A DNA stretch of 64,000 nt, taken from positions 31,470-95,469 of the forward strand of contig JBDHVW010000011.1 in assembly GCA_039809865.1 (NCBI GenBank). The letters run 5' to 3'. Source of the DNA: Vulcanimicrobiota bacterium. Its GTDB lineage: Bacteria; Vulcanimicrobiota; Xenobia; Xenobiales; QWHO01. The notes beneath the pieces were generated by a model, which was given only the letters and a program-made list of their open reading frames with translations, was not told the DNA's origin and searched no databases. Below, piece after piece: positions 54,811-64,000 of the stretch. Position 1 is the first letter of the stretch. Each line of letters starts with the position of its first letter. Position numbers and translations under genes: made by a program.

Positions 54811-55711
54811 TGCCCGCTACCTTCTGGGTGGACAAAAGGAGTTCCCCCACCCGTCGCACGGCCTGTTGAAGGCGTTGCTCGAAGTCTCCCCGGATGAGAG
54901 CGGGCCGCCGGGAAGCATACTCGGCCTGGAACAGCGCCAGGAACTCCTCACGCCGATGAGGCTGGTCGCGCTGCGGATCGGGCACCCAGGGCACGTCCAC
55001 ATCGCAAAGCAGCGTCAGGGCATAGTTTTGCTCGGGCAGCTCGGGTGCCTGGCCGAAGAAATGGCGACTCCAGATGCGTGTCGTCGTCAGATCGCTATCG
55101 CAGAAGAGAAGGCGGTTGGCCTGGCCGGCCAGGGCCTCCTCGCTGGCCCGCTGACCGAGAGCGATGAGCGGGATGTCCTCGACCAGGCAAATCGCACTGT
55201 TCTCGCGCCGAGCGTTCCGCCAGTCCAGAAAGCCGCGGGCATATTCAGGCACCCACAGGGTTTCGAAATGCTCGGCCAGCTGGCGCGCCAGCGTGGTCTT
55301 GCCGGTCGACTCCGGACCCACGATCGCCACGCGCAGGCAGTAGTGCCGGCGCACGCAAGGCGGCAGGAATTGCCAGTGACCGTAAGGGTCGTCGCGGACG
55401 GCCGTGCCCGAGACGGCGAAACGCTCGCGGCCCGGATCGACCGGGACGTGCCTCGCCCCCAGGCGGCGGGCGAGCTCCTCGCCGTAATCCTCCGAGGTAA
55501 AGACCAGGTCGAGCGGCTCGGGCACCAGGCGTCGGAGGCTGGCCTGCCAGAGCTCCCAGAAATCGGGGTGCTCGTGGGGGTAGCTGGGGTTCTCCTCGGT
55601 GTGGTGGCGCACATCGGCGTAGGGAGCCAGCTCGCGAACCCAGGCGTGGCGAAGGTCGCCGGTGAGGGGCTCGCCCGGCAGGCTGGCCACCACGACGATC
55701 AGCTCGTCCAC
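54800..55711 (-). CDS. NadR-like protein: a degenerate nucleotidyltransferase N-domain plus a P-loop nicotinamide-riboside-kinase-like C-domain
   Basis: P-loop 'IVGPESTGKTTLARQLAEHF' (compare NadR GGESSGKST). An upstream 'VSGTAVRDD' resembles the ISSTxIR motif, but no HxGH is present. Confidence 0.55.
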   Translation of the reverse strand: MDELIVVVASLPGEPLTGDLRHAWVRELAPYADVRHHTEENPSYPHEHPDFWELWQASLRRLVPEPLDLVFTSEDYGEELARRLGARHVPVDPGRERFAVSGTAVRDDPYGHWQFLPPCVRRHYCLRVAIVGPESTGKTTLARQLAEHFETLWVPEYARGFLDWRNARRENSAICLVEDIPLIALGQRASEEALAGQANRLLFCDSDLTTTRIWSRHFFGQAPELPEQNYALTLLCDVDVPWVPDPQRDQPHRREEFLALFQAEYASRRPALIRGDFEQRLQQAVRRVGELLLSTQKVAGNVP

Positions 55712-55876
55712 GCCCGCCCGTGCGAACTGCAGCAGGTAGTCGTGCCCCAGATGGGGGGGCAGGAATTTCCCCAGAATGAGGCCGCGCGTGCGGGCTGGCG
55801 GCGAAAGGCTGGGTGGGAACAGACGGCCTCCTCGATGGATGGTCAGGCTTTCGTCTGGCAGGGCCGGGAACCTTCG

Positions 55877-56732
55877 GGTGGAATGGGCCGCGCTGATGGA
55901 ACGCTTTGCGCTCTTCCACTTACTGCGGTTTCCGCCCGTGTTGCGGCGTTTGTGGTTGCCACTGGTGGGTCTGGGCCTCTATACCGCCCTCACGCTTTAC
56001 ATCGAGCAGCACCTGCTCAGACACGACATCGAGTTTCCTACCGGAGTCCACGCCCTGATCGGGGTCGTGCTGGGGTTTCTGCTGGTGTTCCGCACGAACA
56101 CCTCTTACGAGCGGTGGTGGGAGGCTCGCAAGCTCTGGGGCCAGCTGATGAACGACTCGCGCACCCTGGCGCTCCGCGTGCACCAGCTCGCGCCGCCCGG
56201 GGAGGGACCCGTCATCGGGGTCTATCTGGCCGCGTTTGCCGCGGCCCTGCGCGACCACCTGCGCGGCGAAGCGAGCGTGGACAAGCTCCCGATTCCCGCC
56301 CCGGCCACCCCGGTGACGCACGTGCCGCTCTACGTGGCCAACCTCATCTACACGCGCATTCAGAGCTGGAAGCTCGAAACTACCGCCTGGCTCTTCCTCG
56401 ACCGGTCGCTGGCCGCGCTGATGGACGTGCTGGGTGGGTGCGAGCGCATCCGCAACACCCCGGTCACCCGCTCGCACGAAACGTTCATCCGAAGCTGTAT
56501 CCTGTTCTACCTGCTGGTGCTGCCCATCGGGCTCGATTACGGCCCCTGGATCTTCCCGGCGGTGCTGATCGTCGGCTATTTCTTGCTGGGCATCGAGCAG
56601 GTGGCCGAGGACATCCAGGAGCCGTTCGGCAAGGAGCCGGACGACCTGCCGCTGGATCGCATTTGTCAGACTCTGGCCGACTCGATGAAGGCCGTATTAC
56701 CAAAGGAGGCCGAAAATGCAGAAGTTCGTTGA
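55877..56732 (+). CDS. Bestrophin/UPF0187-family ion channel
   Basis: 'FRTNTSYERWWEARKLWGQL' and the flanking TM topology are characteristic of bacterial bestrophin homologues (YneE). Confidence 0.75.
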
Positions 56733-57399
56733 GGGAGTTCGCAAGTTCCAGAACGAGATCTGGCCGTCGCAGCGCCAATACCTCGAGGGGCTGGCCTCCG
56801 GTCAGCATCCCCAGGCGCTGTTCATCACCTGCTCCGATTCGCGCGTGAGCCCCGACATGATGACCCAGGTGCTGCCGGGCGAGCTGTTCGTGGTGCGCAA
56901 CGCGGGCAACCTGGTGCCGCCCCACGGAGCCGCCGGAGGCGGGGTGGGGGCCAGCGTGGAGTATGCCGTGGCGGCCCTGAAAGTGCCCCACATCATCGTC
57001 TGCGGCCACTCCGATTGCGGCGTGATGAAGGCCACCCTCCAGCCCGAGAACGTCAAAGCCTTGCCGGCGGTGGCCCAGTGGCTCGAGGTCACCGACCCGA
57101 CCCACCGGATCCTGCGCGACAACTTTCCCGATCTCAAAGGCCAGGAGCTGCTGGACAAAGCGGTCGAGAACAACGTGCTGATGCAGATCCAGAATCTGCA
57201 GACCCATCCGTCGGTCGCCTCGGCCTTGATCGCCGGCACGGTGCAGCTGCACGCCTGGAATTACCGAGTGGAGAGCGGTCGCGTGCTGGCCTTCGACTCC
57301 AAGAGCCGCAAGTTCATTCCGCTCGAGGAGCTGTGGGCCGAGACCGCTGGCGCCGCCAGCGAGGTGGGTCGCAGCGGCGTCTTCAAGCGTCCTTCTTGA
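56716..57399 (+). CDS. Beta-class carbonic anhydrase
   Basis: AAGGAGG RBS. Zinc ligands in 'CSDSRV' and 'HSDCG'. Overall CynT/Can-family pattern. Confidence 0.9.
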   Translation: MQKFVEGVRKFQNEIWPSQRQYLEGLASGQHPQALFITCSDSRVSPDMMTQVLPGELFVVRNAGNLVPPHGAAGGGVGASVEYAVAALKVPHIIVCGHSDCGVMKATLQPENVKALPAVAQWLEVTDPTHRILRDNFPDLKGQELLDKAVENNVLMQIQNLQTHPSVASALIAGTVQLHAWNYRVESGRVLAFDSKSRKFIPLEELWAETAGAASEVGRSGVFKRPS

Positions 57400-58240
57400 G
57401 GGTCCGGGCATTCAGCAGACCCAACCAGGCGAAGCCCAGGGCGTTCAGCGTGCTGTGATAGCGTAGCATGGGCGCTAAATCACCGTGGCCCAGGTATTCC
57501 GCTCGAGCGTAGACCACGGCCAGGGCCATCCCGCCGAGCAAACACAGGCTCGAGAGGACGCCTGACGGTCGCCCCTCGCGGAGCTGCAGCAGCGCCACGC
57601 TGACGGCGGCGGCGGCCATGAACCAGGCACCCAGCCATTCCAACAGCGGCGAGAAGGTGATGCCGGCCGCCACCAGGGGCATACCGGCCAGCACGGCCAG
57701 GGCGGCGGCGCGCGTGGCCCGGGTCGGGCGTCGCTCGGCCAGCTTTCCGGCGATGGTCGAGAGCGCCCAACCTGCGTAGTGAAAGTGGGCGGCGGTCAGC
57801 ACCACGATGATCCCGGCGAAGCCGAACAGGGGATAGCCGCCTCGCCAGGCCGTGAGCCAGAGCGCTCCGACGGCCAGGTAGACGGGCGCCGCCGTGGCGC
57901 TGAGCTTCTCGGCCGGCCAGAGCTCACGGCGCAGGAGCGTTTCCAGTGCCAGGGCGGCGCAAAACACCAGCCAGATCGCGGCCAGACCCGCGGCGAGCGG
58001 GCCCTGGTAGGCATACAGGCTGAGCCCGACGGCCAGTGCCGCCAGCGGCTGGAGCCGCTTCATTCGGGATGTCCCGGGCATTCCCAGCGGCACCAGCACC
58101 TGGGCTGCGAACCAGACCAGCGCCGCCGGCCAATCGGGCCGCAGCCAGAGTATCCCGACCAGCCACAGCACGGCCATTCTCACGCGCCTGACTTCGCTTC
58201 TCCAGGCATTTTCTCCGGCCAGGGCGAATCGGCCGCGCAT
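57383..58240 (-). CDS. Hypothetical polytopic membrane protein
   Basis: Multiple hydrophobic helices. The start is uncertain. The ATG at 58240 overlaps the divergent lipoprotein start, so an internal start (MAVLWLV, ~58170) is plausible. Confidence 0.45.
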   Translation of the reverse strand: MRGRFALAGENAWRSEVRRVRMAVLWLVGILWLRPDWPAALVWFAAQVLVPLGMPGTSRMKRLQPLAALAVGLSLYAYQGPLAAGLAAIWLVFCAALALETLLRRELWPAEKLSATAAPVYLAVGALWLTAWRGGYPLFGFAGIIVVLTAAHFHYAGWALSTIAGKLAERRPTRATRAAALAVLAGMPLVAAGITFSPLLEWLGAWFMAAAAVSVALLQLREGRPSGVLSSLCLLGGMALAVVYARAEYLGHGDLAPMLRYHSTLNALGFAWLGLLNARTLKKDA

Positions 58241-58928
58241 GAAGACGCCTTTTCTGGTCCTCCTGGCGCTTGCCAGCCTCGCGAGCGGCTGCGGCGCCCC
58301 TCCCGCGACCCCCACCTCTCCCTCGCCCCTCGCCAGTGCGACGCAAGCAATCCAGCCCGGCGGCCTGGTGGGACGGTGGGAGCATGCGGGCGGTGTCCCC
58401 CGCGGATACCTCGAGCTCACCACCAACGGCAACGTTGGCTTCTACACCGACCAGGACGGAAAACCAGCCTTCCGGGGAGGGACGTGGAGCGAGCCCAAGC
58501 CCGGCAAGCTGGAGTTGACCTACCCCGCCGGCAAAGGGAAAAAGGAAACCCAGTCCTTGGCCTACGAGATCACGGCCAAAGACGAGCTCGTCTTGCGCGA
58601 GAAGAACGAGCCCGAGCGGAAGTTCACGCGGATGGGCCCGTCCGGGTCGGGCATGCTTGGCCTCATCGGCGTTTGGGACGTGACCGATACCAGGGAGCCG
58701 AAGGTCATGTTCGAGTTCACCGACCGCGGCACGATTTACTGGTTCTCGCAATCCAAAGATGGAACCAGCGCCGCCATGCTGGCCACCTACACGGCGACCC
58801 CGGACGAGCTGGTCATGATGGCCCCGGGCCAGCCGCCCGCGCCCGCTAAACTCGAGTTGGAGGGCGACAAGCTAACCCTCTCCGGTGGTAAAGCCAATCA
58901 GGTCATCCACCTGGCTCGGCGTAAGTAG
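58239..58928 (+). CDS. Lipoprotein, hypothetical
   Basis: 'MKTPFLVLLALASLASGCG' has a lipobox (LASGC). Confidence 0.6.
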   Translation: MKTPFLVLLALASLASGCGAPPATPTSPSPLASATQAIQPGGLVGRWEHAGGVPRGYLELTTNGNVGFYTDQDGKPAFRGGTWSEPKPGKLELTYPAGKGKKETQSLAYEITAKDELVLREKNEPERKFTRMGPSGSGMLGLIGVWDVTDTREPKVMFEFTDRGTIYWFSQSKDGTSAAMLATYTATPDELVMMAPGQPPAPAKLELEGDKLTLSGGKANQVIHLARRK

Positions 58929-58960
58929 GCTTCGGCGGCGGGCTCAGCGAAGCTCCCGGC

Positions 58961-59350
58961 ATGGCCGGAGACTCTCCCTACTTTTTGTTGAGCCACCTGA
59001 TCGCGCGCTTTCGCAGCGGCGACGTGCCGCTGGAAGATTTCGAGCTCCGGCTGGATGAATGCGAGAGCAAGCTCGAAGACTGGTTCGAGGACCTCGAGGC
59101 CAACCCGCCCCCGTGGGATTTCCCCGAGGGCAAGGAGCTGGTCGAGGTGACCCAGATGGGGCTCTACCTCTTCTTGCAGTCCATCGAGGCCCTGCGCGAG
59201 TTCGCCAAGGGTGGCTCGGACGAGCTGATCGCCAACTCGCTGCAGCTCGCCCTGGCCGCCCACGAGCGTATCGTGGCGATGCACGAGGCCAGCAACGACT
59301 ATCTCGAGCAACTGGCCGAGATCGAAGAAGAAGAGGCTCTGCCGGACTAG
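58961..59350 (+). CDS. Hypothetical acidic protein
   Basis: ORF with an acidic C-terminus (EIEEEEALPD). No motif. Confidence 0.4.
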   Translation: MAGDSPYFLLSHLIARFRSGDVPLEDFELRLDECESKLEDWFEDLEANPPPWDFPEGKELVEVTQMGLYLFLQSIEALREFAKGGSDELIANSLQLALAAHERIVAMHEASNDYLEQLAEIEEEEALPD

Positions 59351-59368
59351 AGACCGAACTTTTCCGGA

Positions 59369-60946
59369 ATGGCTCGCCCCCATCCGGAGCTCGAAAATTT
59401 GCTCGAAGGCCTGCGGGCCGAGGGCACTTTTGTCTCCCAGGGGAACTTCACCATCGACCTCGTGCAGGCGCGCGAGAAGCTCAAGAAGTTCCAACTGCTC
59501 GACCCCTACCATTACGTGTTGCCGCTGGTGAGCGCGGCCGTCCTGGGGGGCGGGAGCCGTATGCTCTGCCGGGTCGAGCCGGCGCGATTCTCGATGGAGT
59601 TCGATGGTCTCGCTTTCACCCCCGAGGAGCTCGAGGGCATGTTCAGCGCGCTCCTGATCTCGTCCACGGTCCTGGGCCGCCGTCGCGTGGCCGAGCTGGC
59701 GGTGGGGATCAACGCCGCCCTGGCGCTCTCGCCCCGCGAGATCAAGCTGGACAGCCATGATGGCGAGCGCCGCGTGCTGGCTCTCTTTACCGCCCGCAAG
59801 CAGAAGGTCGAGGTCAGCGACCCGCCCGAGAGCACCCAGCCCTGGACCACCATCACCGTGCAGCACGCCCCCATGCGAGCGCTCTGGCGCAAGACCCAGC
59901 GCGATGCGCCCGAGGTGCAGGCCCTGCACGCGCGCTGTCGCCTGGCCCATCTGGAGCTTTCCATCAACGATACCCCGTTGCCGCGCACGATCGGCTGGGA
60001 GACCTCCCGTTGCCTGGTGGCCAGCTACCTGAAAGCGGGGGAGCCTCGCGCCGGTTGCGAGATCACCCTGGGCAAACTGCGGTCGCGCTTGTCACGCCTG
60101 GGGGATACGCGCGGCCCGTATGCGGCCGTGGTGTCGTTGGGCGGTGACGCCGCGCAAGAGGTGGTCTTCGTGCACCACGGATTGCTTTTCCGCCGGCCCG
60201 ATCTCAGTCTGGGCCCGGGGGCTCGCGCGGTCGTGTGGGCCCCCGAGCTCAAGCGCGACCTCTCGCAGAGCGGCGTCATCGAGGACGAAACGTTCCACTT
60301 GCTGCTCGAGCAACTGCAGCTCGAGGTCTTCGCCATGCTCAACCTGCTCGAGGGCAAGCTGGGCCAGCTCTCCGAGTGGTCCGACGCCGAGCGCCGCGAG
60401 GCCCTCGATCAACTCGAGCGCCTGGTCGGCTTCCGGGTGCGCCACGGCGACCATCCCGGCGCCCTCAAGCTCGCCCGCCGCCTGGTGGATGCGCGCGACC
60501 CCGACACGCTGGGCTACCAGTTCGGCGACTACATCCAGGCACTGCTCGAGGCGCGCGACCCGCGCAATTCTCCGGACGCCATCTCCCGGCGCTTCAGCGA
60601 GGTCCTGGGACCTCTGGCCAAGACCCACGGCGTGGAGGTGCGCCGGAACGTCATCGGCGCCCGCGACGACTCGGTCGTCTCCCAGTTCGCCTTCAAAGGC
60701 GCCTTCGCCCGGTGCGAAACCCTGCTGAACCGGCTTCTGGCCGTCGAAGAGCAGCTCTTCGGGCGACAGGACCCGCTGGTTCTGAGCCGGATGCAAAAGA
60801 TGGCCGAAGACTTCAAATTCAAGCGCCCCGCCCGGGCGCGCGAGTTGAACGAGGCGCTCGTACAGGCTCAAAAGCCGATGGAGATCGCTCTCGCCGAGCA
60901 GGCGCGCTATGTCGGCAAGCAGGTCAGCAAGGTCTCGCTGCGCTAG
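59369..60946 (+). CDS. Hypothetical protein whose N-terminal region is paralogous to the CDS at 6696..7946
   Basis: 'GNFTIDLVQAREKLKKFQLLDPYHYVLPLVSAAV' aligns with 'GFFTIDVMKALPKLSRHQLPMPSFYLLKWVQWAV'. Confidence 0.5.
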   Translation: MARPHPELENLLEGLRAEGTFVSQGNFTIDLVQAREKLKKFQLLDPYHYVLPLVSAAVLGGGSRMLCRVEPARFSMEFDGLAFTPEELEGMFSALLISSTVLGRRRVAELAVGINAALALSPREIKLDSHDGERRVLALFTARKQKVEVSDPPESTQPWTTITVQHAPMRALWRKTQRDAPEVQALHARCRLAHLELSINDTPLPRTIGWETSRCLVASYLKAGEPRAGCEITLGKLRSRLSRLGDTRGPYAAVVSLGGDAAQEVVFVHHGLLFRRPDLSLGPGARAVVWAPELKRDLSQSGVIEDETFHLLLEQLQLEVFAMLNLLEGKLGQLSEWSDAERREALDQLERLVGFRVRHGDHPGALKLARRLVDARDPDTLGYQFGDYIQALLEARDPRNSPDAISRRFSEVLGPLAKTHGVEVRRNVIGARDDSVVSQFAFKGAFARCETLLNRLLAVEEQLFGRQDPLVLSRMQKMAEDFKFKRPARARELNEALVQAQKPMEIALAEQARYVGKQVSKVSLR

Positions 60947-61563
60947 GCGCGCGAGACCAGCAGGGCGATGAGCACGAACCAGGCGAACAACGACAGCGTC
61001 CAGGCCACGTAGACCCGCTCCCCCAGGGGGGTCTGGCCGGTCCCGGCAGGCTCCTGGAATTCGCAGCCGATCCGCTCCGCCAGCTGGAGCGCCTTCACCC
61101 GCGCCAGTCCGTCTTTCAGGCTGAAGTCACCCACGCGCAAAACCTGTCCCGCGCGGGTCAGCAGGCACGGAGCCGACAGGCGGCCGGTCGTCAAGAGCGA
61201 CGCGGCCACGATCTCCTCGAACGGAAACGGCTGCTCGCGCCGCACCGTAAAAAACCGCGAGCAATAGAGCAGGCGTCGCTGACCCAGGTCCAGCACGTAA
61301 AGCTCGCTCAGGCCCCAGGCCAGCAAGCTCAACGACAGGGCCAGGCCCGCCGTGGCCGCCAGCGCGCCACCCAGCGCCAGGCGAGGAAACGCGCCCCACA
61401 CCGCGGCCATGACCAGCAGGGCCGCCCAGCCGAGCCGCGCCATGGCCCTTAACAGCAGCTCGGAACGGGTGTCCAGCTCCAGCTCGATGCGCTCGCTCAC
61501 AGGCCGGGCACGGACGAGTTGGAGGGTCCGCCTTCCTCCAGGATGCCGCTGGTCAGGCGCCAC
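60943..61563 (-). CDS. Hypothetical membrane protein
   Basis: Several TM helices. No motif. Confidence 0.4.
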   Translation of the reverse strand: MAPDQRHPGGRRTLQLVRARPVSERIELELDTRSELLLRAMARLGWAALLVMAAVWGAFPRLALGGALAATAGLALSLSLLAWGLSELYVLDLGQRRLLYCSRFFTVRREQPFPFEEIVAASLLTTGRLSAPCLLTRAGQVLRVGDFSLKDGLARVKALQLAERIGCEFQEPAGTGQTPLGERVYVAWTLSLFAWFVLIALLVSRA

Positions 61564-62390
61564 TCGATGGGATGGTACTGCAACTCATAGGTGCCCGAGA
61601 AGCGGCGCGGACGCGCCTCCTCGTCGGCCTCGATGATGACATGCTGGCGAATCGTCAGGGGCGACATCACCTCGGTCTCGCCCATCTGAACGTCCAGGCT
61701 GCGAACCTGTTTGAACCCTTTTTGGAAGTCGGTGAAGGACAGCTCCGCTTTCCACTCGTCCGAGAGCCGCGCGTAAGCGGCGGCGTAATTGTGGCTCTTG
61801 ACCTCCTCGTAGAAGTCGGTGAGCGTCTGGCGGCCCTCCTCGGGGGTCGGCTTCTCGGCGAAGGACGGCTCTTCGTAGACCAGATTCTTCTTCTCGACCC
61901 AGCCCTCGCGACCGCCATACAGCTTGATGCGGGTCCAGTTCTGGTAATCCTCGGCCCAGAGCAGCCGCGTGCCGGCATTCAGGGTGGCCACCACCGGCGC
62001 GTTCAGCCCGTGCTTGCTAAAGACCTGAACTTTGTCGCCCCGGGTCCAGGCGGTCGCGGCTTCGACAGGCGCGGCGCTGGGGCTGGTATCGGGCCGCGGG
62101 GTGGGCCCGTCGGGGCTGGGGGTGCGCTGCACCACGGCCAGCGGCTTGGCCGGGGCCACGAACCCCAGCGGATCGTTGCTCTCGGGCACGTCGCCTTGAA
62201 TGGAGGGGCGCGCGCTGGGCGCCGAGGCCAGCGGGGTGCCGGCGGGCTTGGGCTTCTTCGTGGGCCAGAGCGCGATGATGAAAACCAGCAGAATGAAGAA
62301 CACCACGCCCCCGACCGCTGCGAACAGCTTGAGACGCTTCGCGTCGACGACCTCACCCGGATCGTCGGTCGGGAGGACGATGGTGGACAT
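61497..62390 (-). CDS. Membrane-anchored protein with a bacterial SH3 (SH3_3) domain
   Basis: ATG at 62390 (MSTIVL). TM helix 'FAAVGGVVFFILLVFIIAL'. Pro-rich linker. SH3-like 'GDKVQVFSKHGLNAPVVATLNAGTRLLWAEDYQNWTRIKLYGGREGWV'. Confidence 0.5.
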   Translation of the reverse strand: MSTIVLPTDDPGEVVDAKRLKLFAAVGGVVFFILLVFIIALWPTKKPKPAGTPLASAPSARPSIQGDVPESNDPLGFVAPAKPLAVVQRTPSPDGPTPRPDTSPSAAPVEAATAWTRGDKVQVFSKHGLNAPVVATLNAGTRLLWAEDYQNWTRIKLYGGREGWVEKKNLVYEEPSFAEKPTPEEGRQTLTDFYEEVKSHNYAAAYARLSDEWKAELSFTDFQKGFKQVRSLDVQMGETEVMSPLTIRQHVIIEADEEARPRRFSGTYELQYHPIEWRLTSGILEEGGPSNSSVPGL

Positions 62391-62395
62391 CTTCG

Positions 62396-62740
62396 TCACA
62401 GGCGTTCCCACTCCGGCCTGGACAGCAGGAAGCGCGTGGGACTGCCCTCCACGCCGGCGCTGATGGGGCCTTTGGGATCGACCACGGGCATGTCGTCGCG
62501 GCTGATCACCACGCCCGTGACCCGGACGCGGGTGCCGGCGGGCCAGTCGGAGGGCCACCCCTCCAGGCCGTCCACGAAGATGGTCAGGTTCTTGAGCTGG
62601 ACCATCGCGCCCAGCTTGGCGTTGACGGCGGTGCCGTCAACCGTGATGCGCTCGCCCAGGAAGGGGGTCCAGTGTTGCTGGGAGAGCGCGGGGAGCAGCA
62701 AACACAACGCCAGGCTTAGAGTGCAGAGAGCCATACGCAT
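62396..62740 (-). CDS. Small secreted hypothetical protein
   Basis: Signal peptide 'MRMALCTLSLALCLLLPALS'. Tightly spaced with the downstream gene. Confidence 0.4.
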   Translation of the reverse strand: MRMALCTLSLALCLLLPALSQQHWTPFLGERITVDGTAVNAKLGAMVQLKNLTIFVDGLEGWPSDWPAGTRVRVTGVVISRDDMPVVDPKGPISAGVEGSPTRFLLSRPEWERL

Positions 62741-62832
62741 GCGAAGACGTTCGCTACGGTCGCCTTCGGCTCCCTGCGCGCTCCGCTTGCCCTTTGCAGG
62801 TTCGCCTTCCCACGCCTGCGAAGCCGTGCTGC

Positions 62833-64000
62833 ATGGCCACTTTGCTCATTCACAACGCCGCCACCCTGGCGACCTTCGACGACGCCTATTCACGGCTCCA
62901 GAACGCCAGCATCCTCGTGCGCGACAACCGCATCGAGTGGATCGGCCCGGCCGCGGACGCCCCCCGAGACGCCGACCGCACCGTCGACGCCACCGGAATG
63001 CTGGTGATGCCAGGCATGGTGAACTGCCATCACCACATGTACCAGACTCTGACGCGCAATATCCCGCGCGTCCAGGAGGCGGAGCTCTTTCCCTGGCTGG
63101 TCTACCTCTACGAGATCTGGCGTGAGCTCACCCCCGAGGCGCTCTACTACGGCACGCTGGTCGGGCTGGGCGAGCTGCTGCTGACCGGTTGCACGACCAC
63201 CACGGACCATTTCTACGTTTTCCCCAAAGGCTGCCCCGAGAATCTCTTCGACGAGCAGATCCGGGCCGCGCGCGAGGTGGGCATCCGCTTTCAGCCGACC
63301 CGCGGCTCGATGTCGCGCGGCAAGTCCCACGGCGGGCTCCCGCCCGACGAGGTGGTGCAGACCGAAGAGCAAATCCTGAAGGATTCCGAGCGGGTGATCC
63401 ACACCTTCCATGACAAGGACCCGCTGGGGATGATCAAGATCGCGCTCGCCCCCTGCTCGCCCTTCTCGGTTACCCCCGAGATTCTACGCGACACCGCCGT
63501 GCTGGCGCGCCAGTATGGCGTGCGCTGCCACACCCACCTGGCCGAGACGAAGGACGAGGACGCCTACTGCCTGGATATCTACGGCCAGCGCCCCTACGAC
63601 CTGATGGAGAGCCTGGGGTGGGTGGGCGACGACATCTGGTATGCCCACTGTGTCTACCTCAACCAGAACGAGATCGAGCGCGCCGCGCAGACGCAGACCG
63701 GCGTGGCCCATTGCCCGGCGTCCAACATGCGGCTGGGCTCGGGCACCGCGCCCATCCCCGAGATGGTGCAGGCTGGAGTGCCGGTGGGCCTGGGCGTGGA
63801 CGGCTCGGCCTCCAACGATTCCTCCGACATGCTCGGCGAGGTGCGCAATTGCATGCTGGTCCACCGCCTGCGCACGGGCGTGGCCAGCATGACGGCCGAG
63901 CGCGCGCTGATGCTGGCGACCCGGGGCGGCGCGCGGGTGCTGGGCTACTCGGATCTGGGTCAACTCTCCGTCGGCAAGGGCGCGGACCTGATCGGCATCT
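62833..64000 (+). CDS. Amidohydrolase-superfamily deaminase (8-oxoguanine / SAH-MTA / guanine deaminase-like). 3' end runs past the window edge.
   Basis: 'MPGMVNCHHHMYQT' (HxH metal site), 'CHTHLAET', 'AHCVYL' and 'GLGVDGSASNDS' (metal-binding Asp). The ORF is open to the end of the window. Confidence 0.85.
   Translation, partial: MATLLIHNAATLATFDDAYSRLQNASILVRDNRIEWIGPAADAPRDADRTVDATGMLVMPGMVNCHHHMYQTLTRNIPRVQEAELFPWLVYLYEIWRELTPEALYYGTLVGLGELLLTGCTTTTDHFYVFPKGCPENLFDEQIRAAREVGIRFQPTRGSMSRGKSHGGLPPDEVVQTEEQILKDSERVIHTFHDKDPLGMIKIALAPCSPFSVTPEILRDTAVLARQYGVRCHTHLAETKDEDAYCLDIYGQRPYDLMESLGWVGDDIWYAHCVYLNQNEIERAAQTQTGVAHCPASNMRLGSGTAPIPEMVQAGVPVGLGVDGSASNDSSDMLGEVRNCMLVHRLRTGVASMTAERALMLATRGGARVLGYSDLGQLSVGKGADLIGI

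Overview
This is a ~70% GC bacterial chromosomal segment. The gene content (many c-di-GMP enzymes, PilZ receptors, hybrid histidine kinases, Pro/Thr-rich linkers) looks Myxococcota-like, but that is inferred from content only. I call about 60 protein-coding genes on both strands and see no rRNA, tRNA or CRISPR array by eye.

Main blocks:
- A c-di-GMP signalling cluster: a coiled-coil/GGDEF/EAL protein, a tandem-PilZ membrane protein and a PAS hybrid kinase. A paralogous PilZ plus hybrid-kinase pair sits 30 kb away.
- A MacA/MacB-type tripartite efflux operon.
- Housekeeping genes: hemH, a rhodanese/SufE pair, YjbQ, msrB, a beta-class carbonic anhydrase, flotillin, an M1 aminopeptidase and an AlkD-like glycosylase.
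- A response-regulator cluster: NarL-type, REC/HD-GYP and pseudo-receiver proteins.
- Several secreted or membrane hypothetical proteins.

The most interesting locus is a translationally coupled two-gene operon (26492-28986). A DAGK_cat/YegS-family kinase is followed by a protein with an N-terminal macro-like domain fused to a defence-type SIR2_2 NADase domain. The SIR2_2 motifs GAGxS, TTNYD and KLHG are intact. This architecture resembles a ThsA-like sensor/effector but is not a described defence system as far as I know.

Three other notable loci:
- A 1712-aa DUF4011/Upf1-like SF1 helicase fused to a DUF559-type endonuclease, with a ~280-aa Pro/Thr-rich tail. The architecture is Mokosh-like.
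- A stand-alone macro-domain gene divergent from a C11 clostripain protease.
- A large protein whose C-terminal domain resembles arginine deiminase / amidinotransferase enzymes.

All domain calls rest on motif recognition in the supplied translations. No database searches were run.
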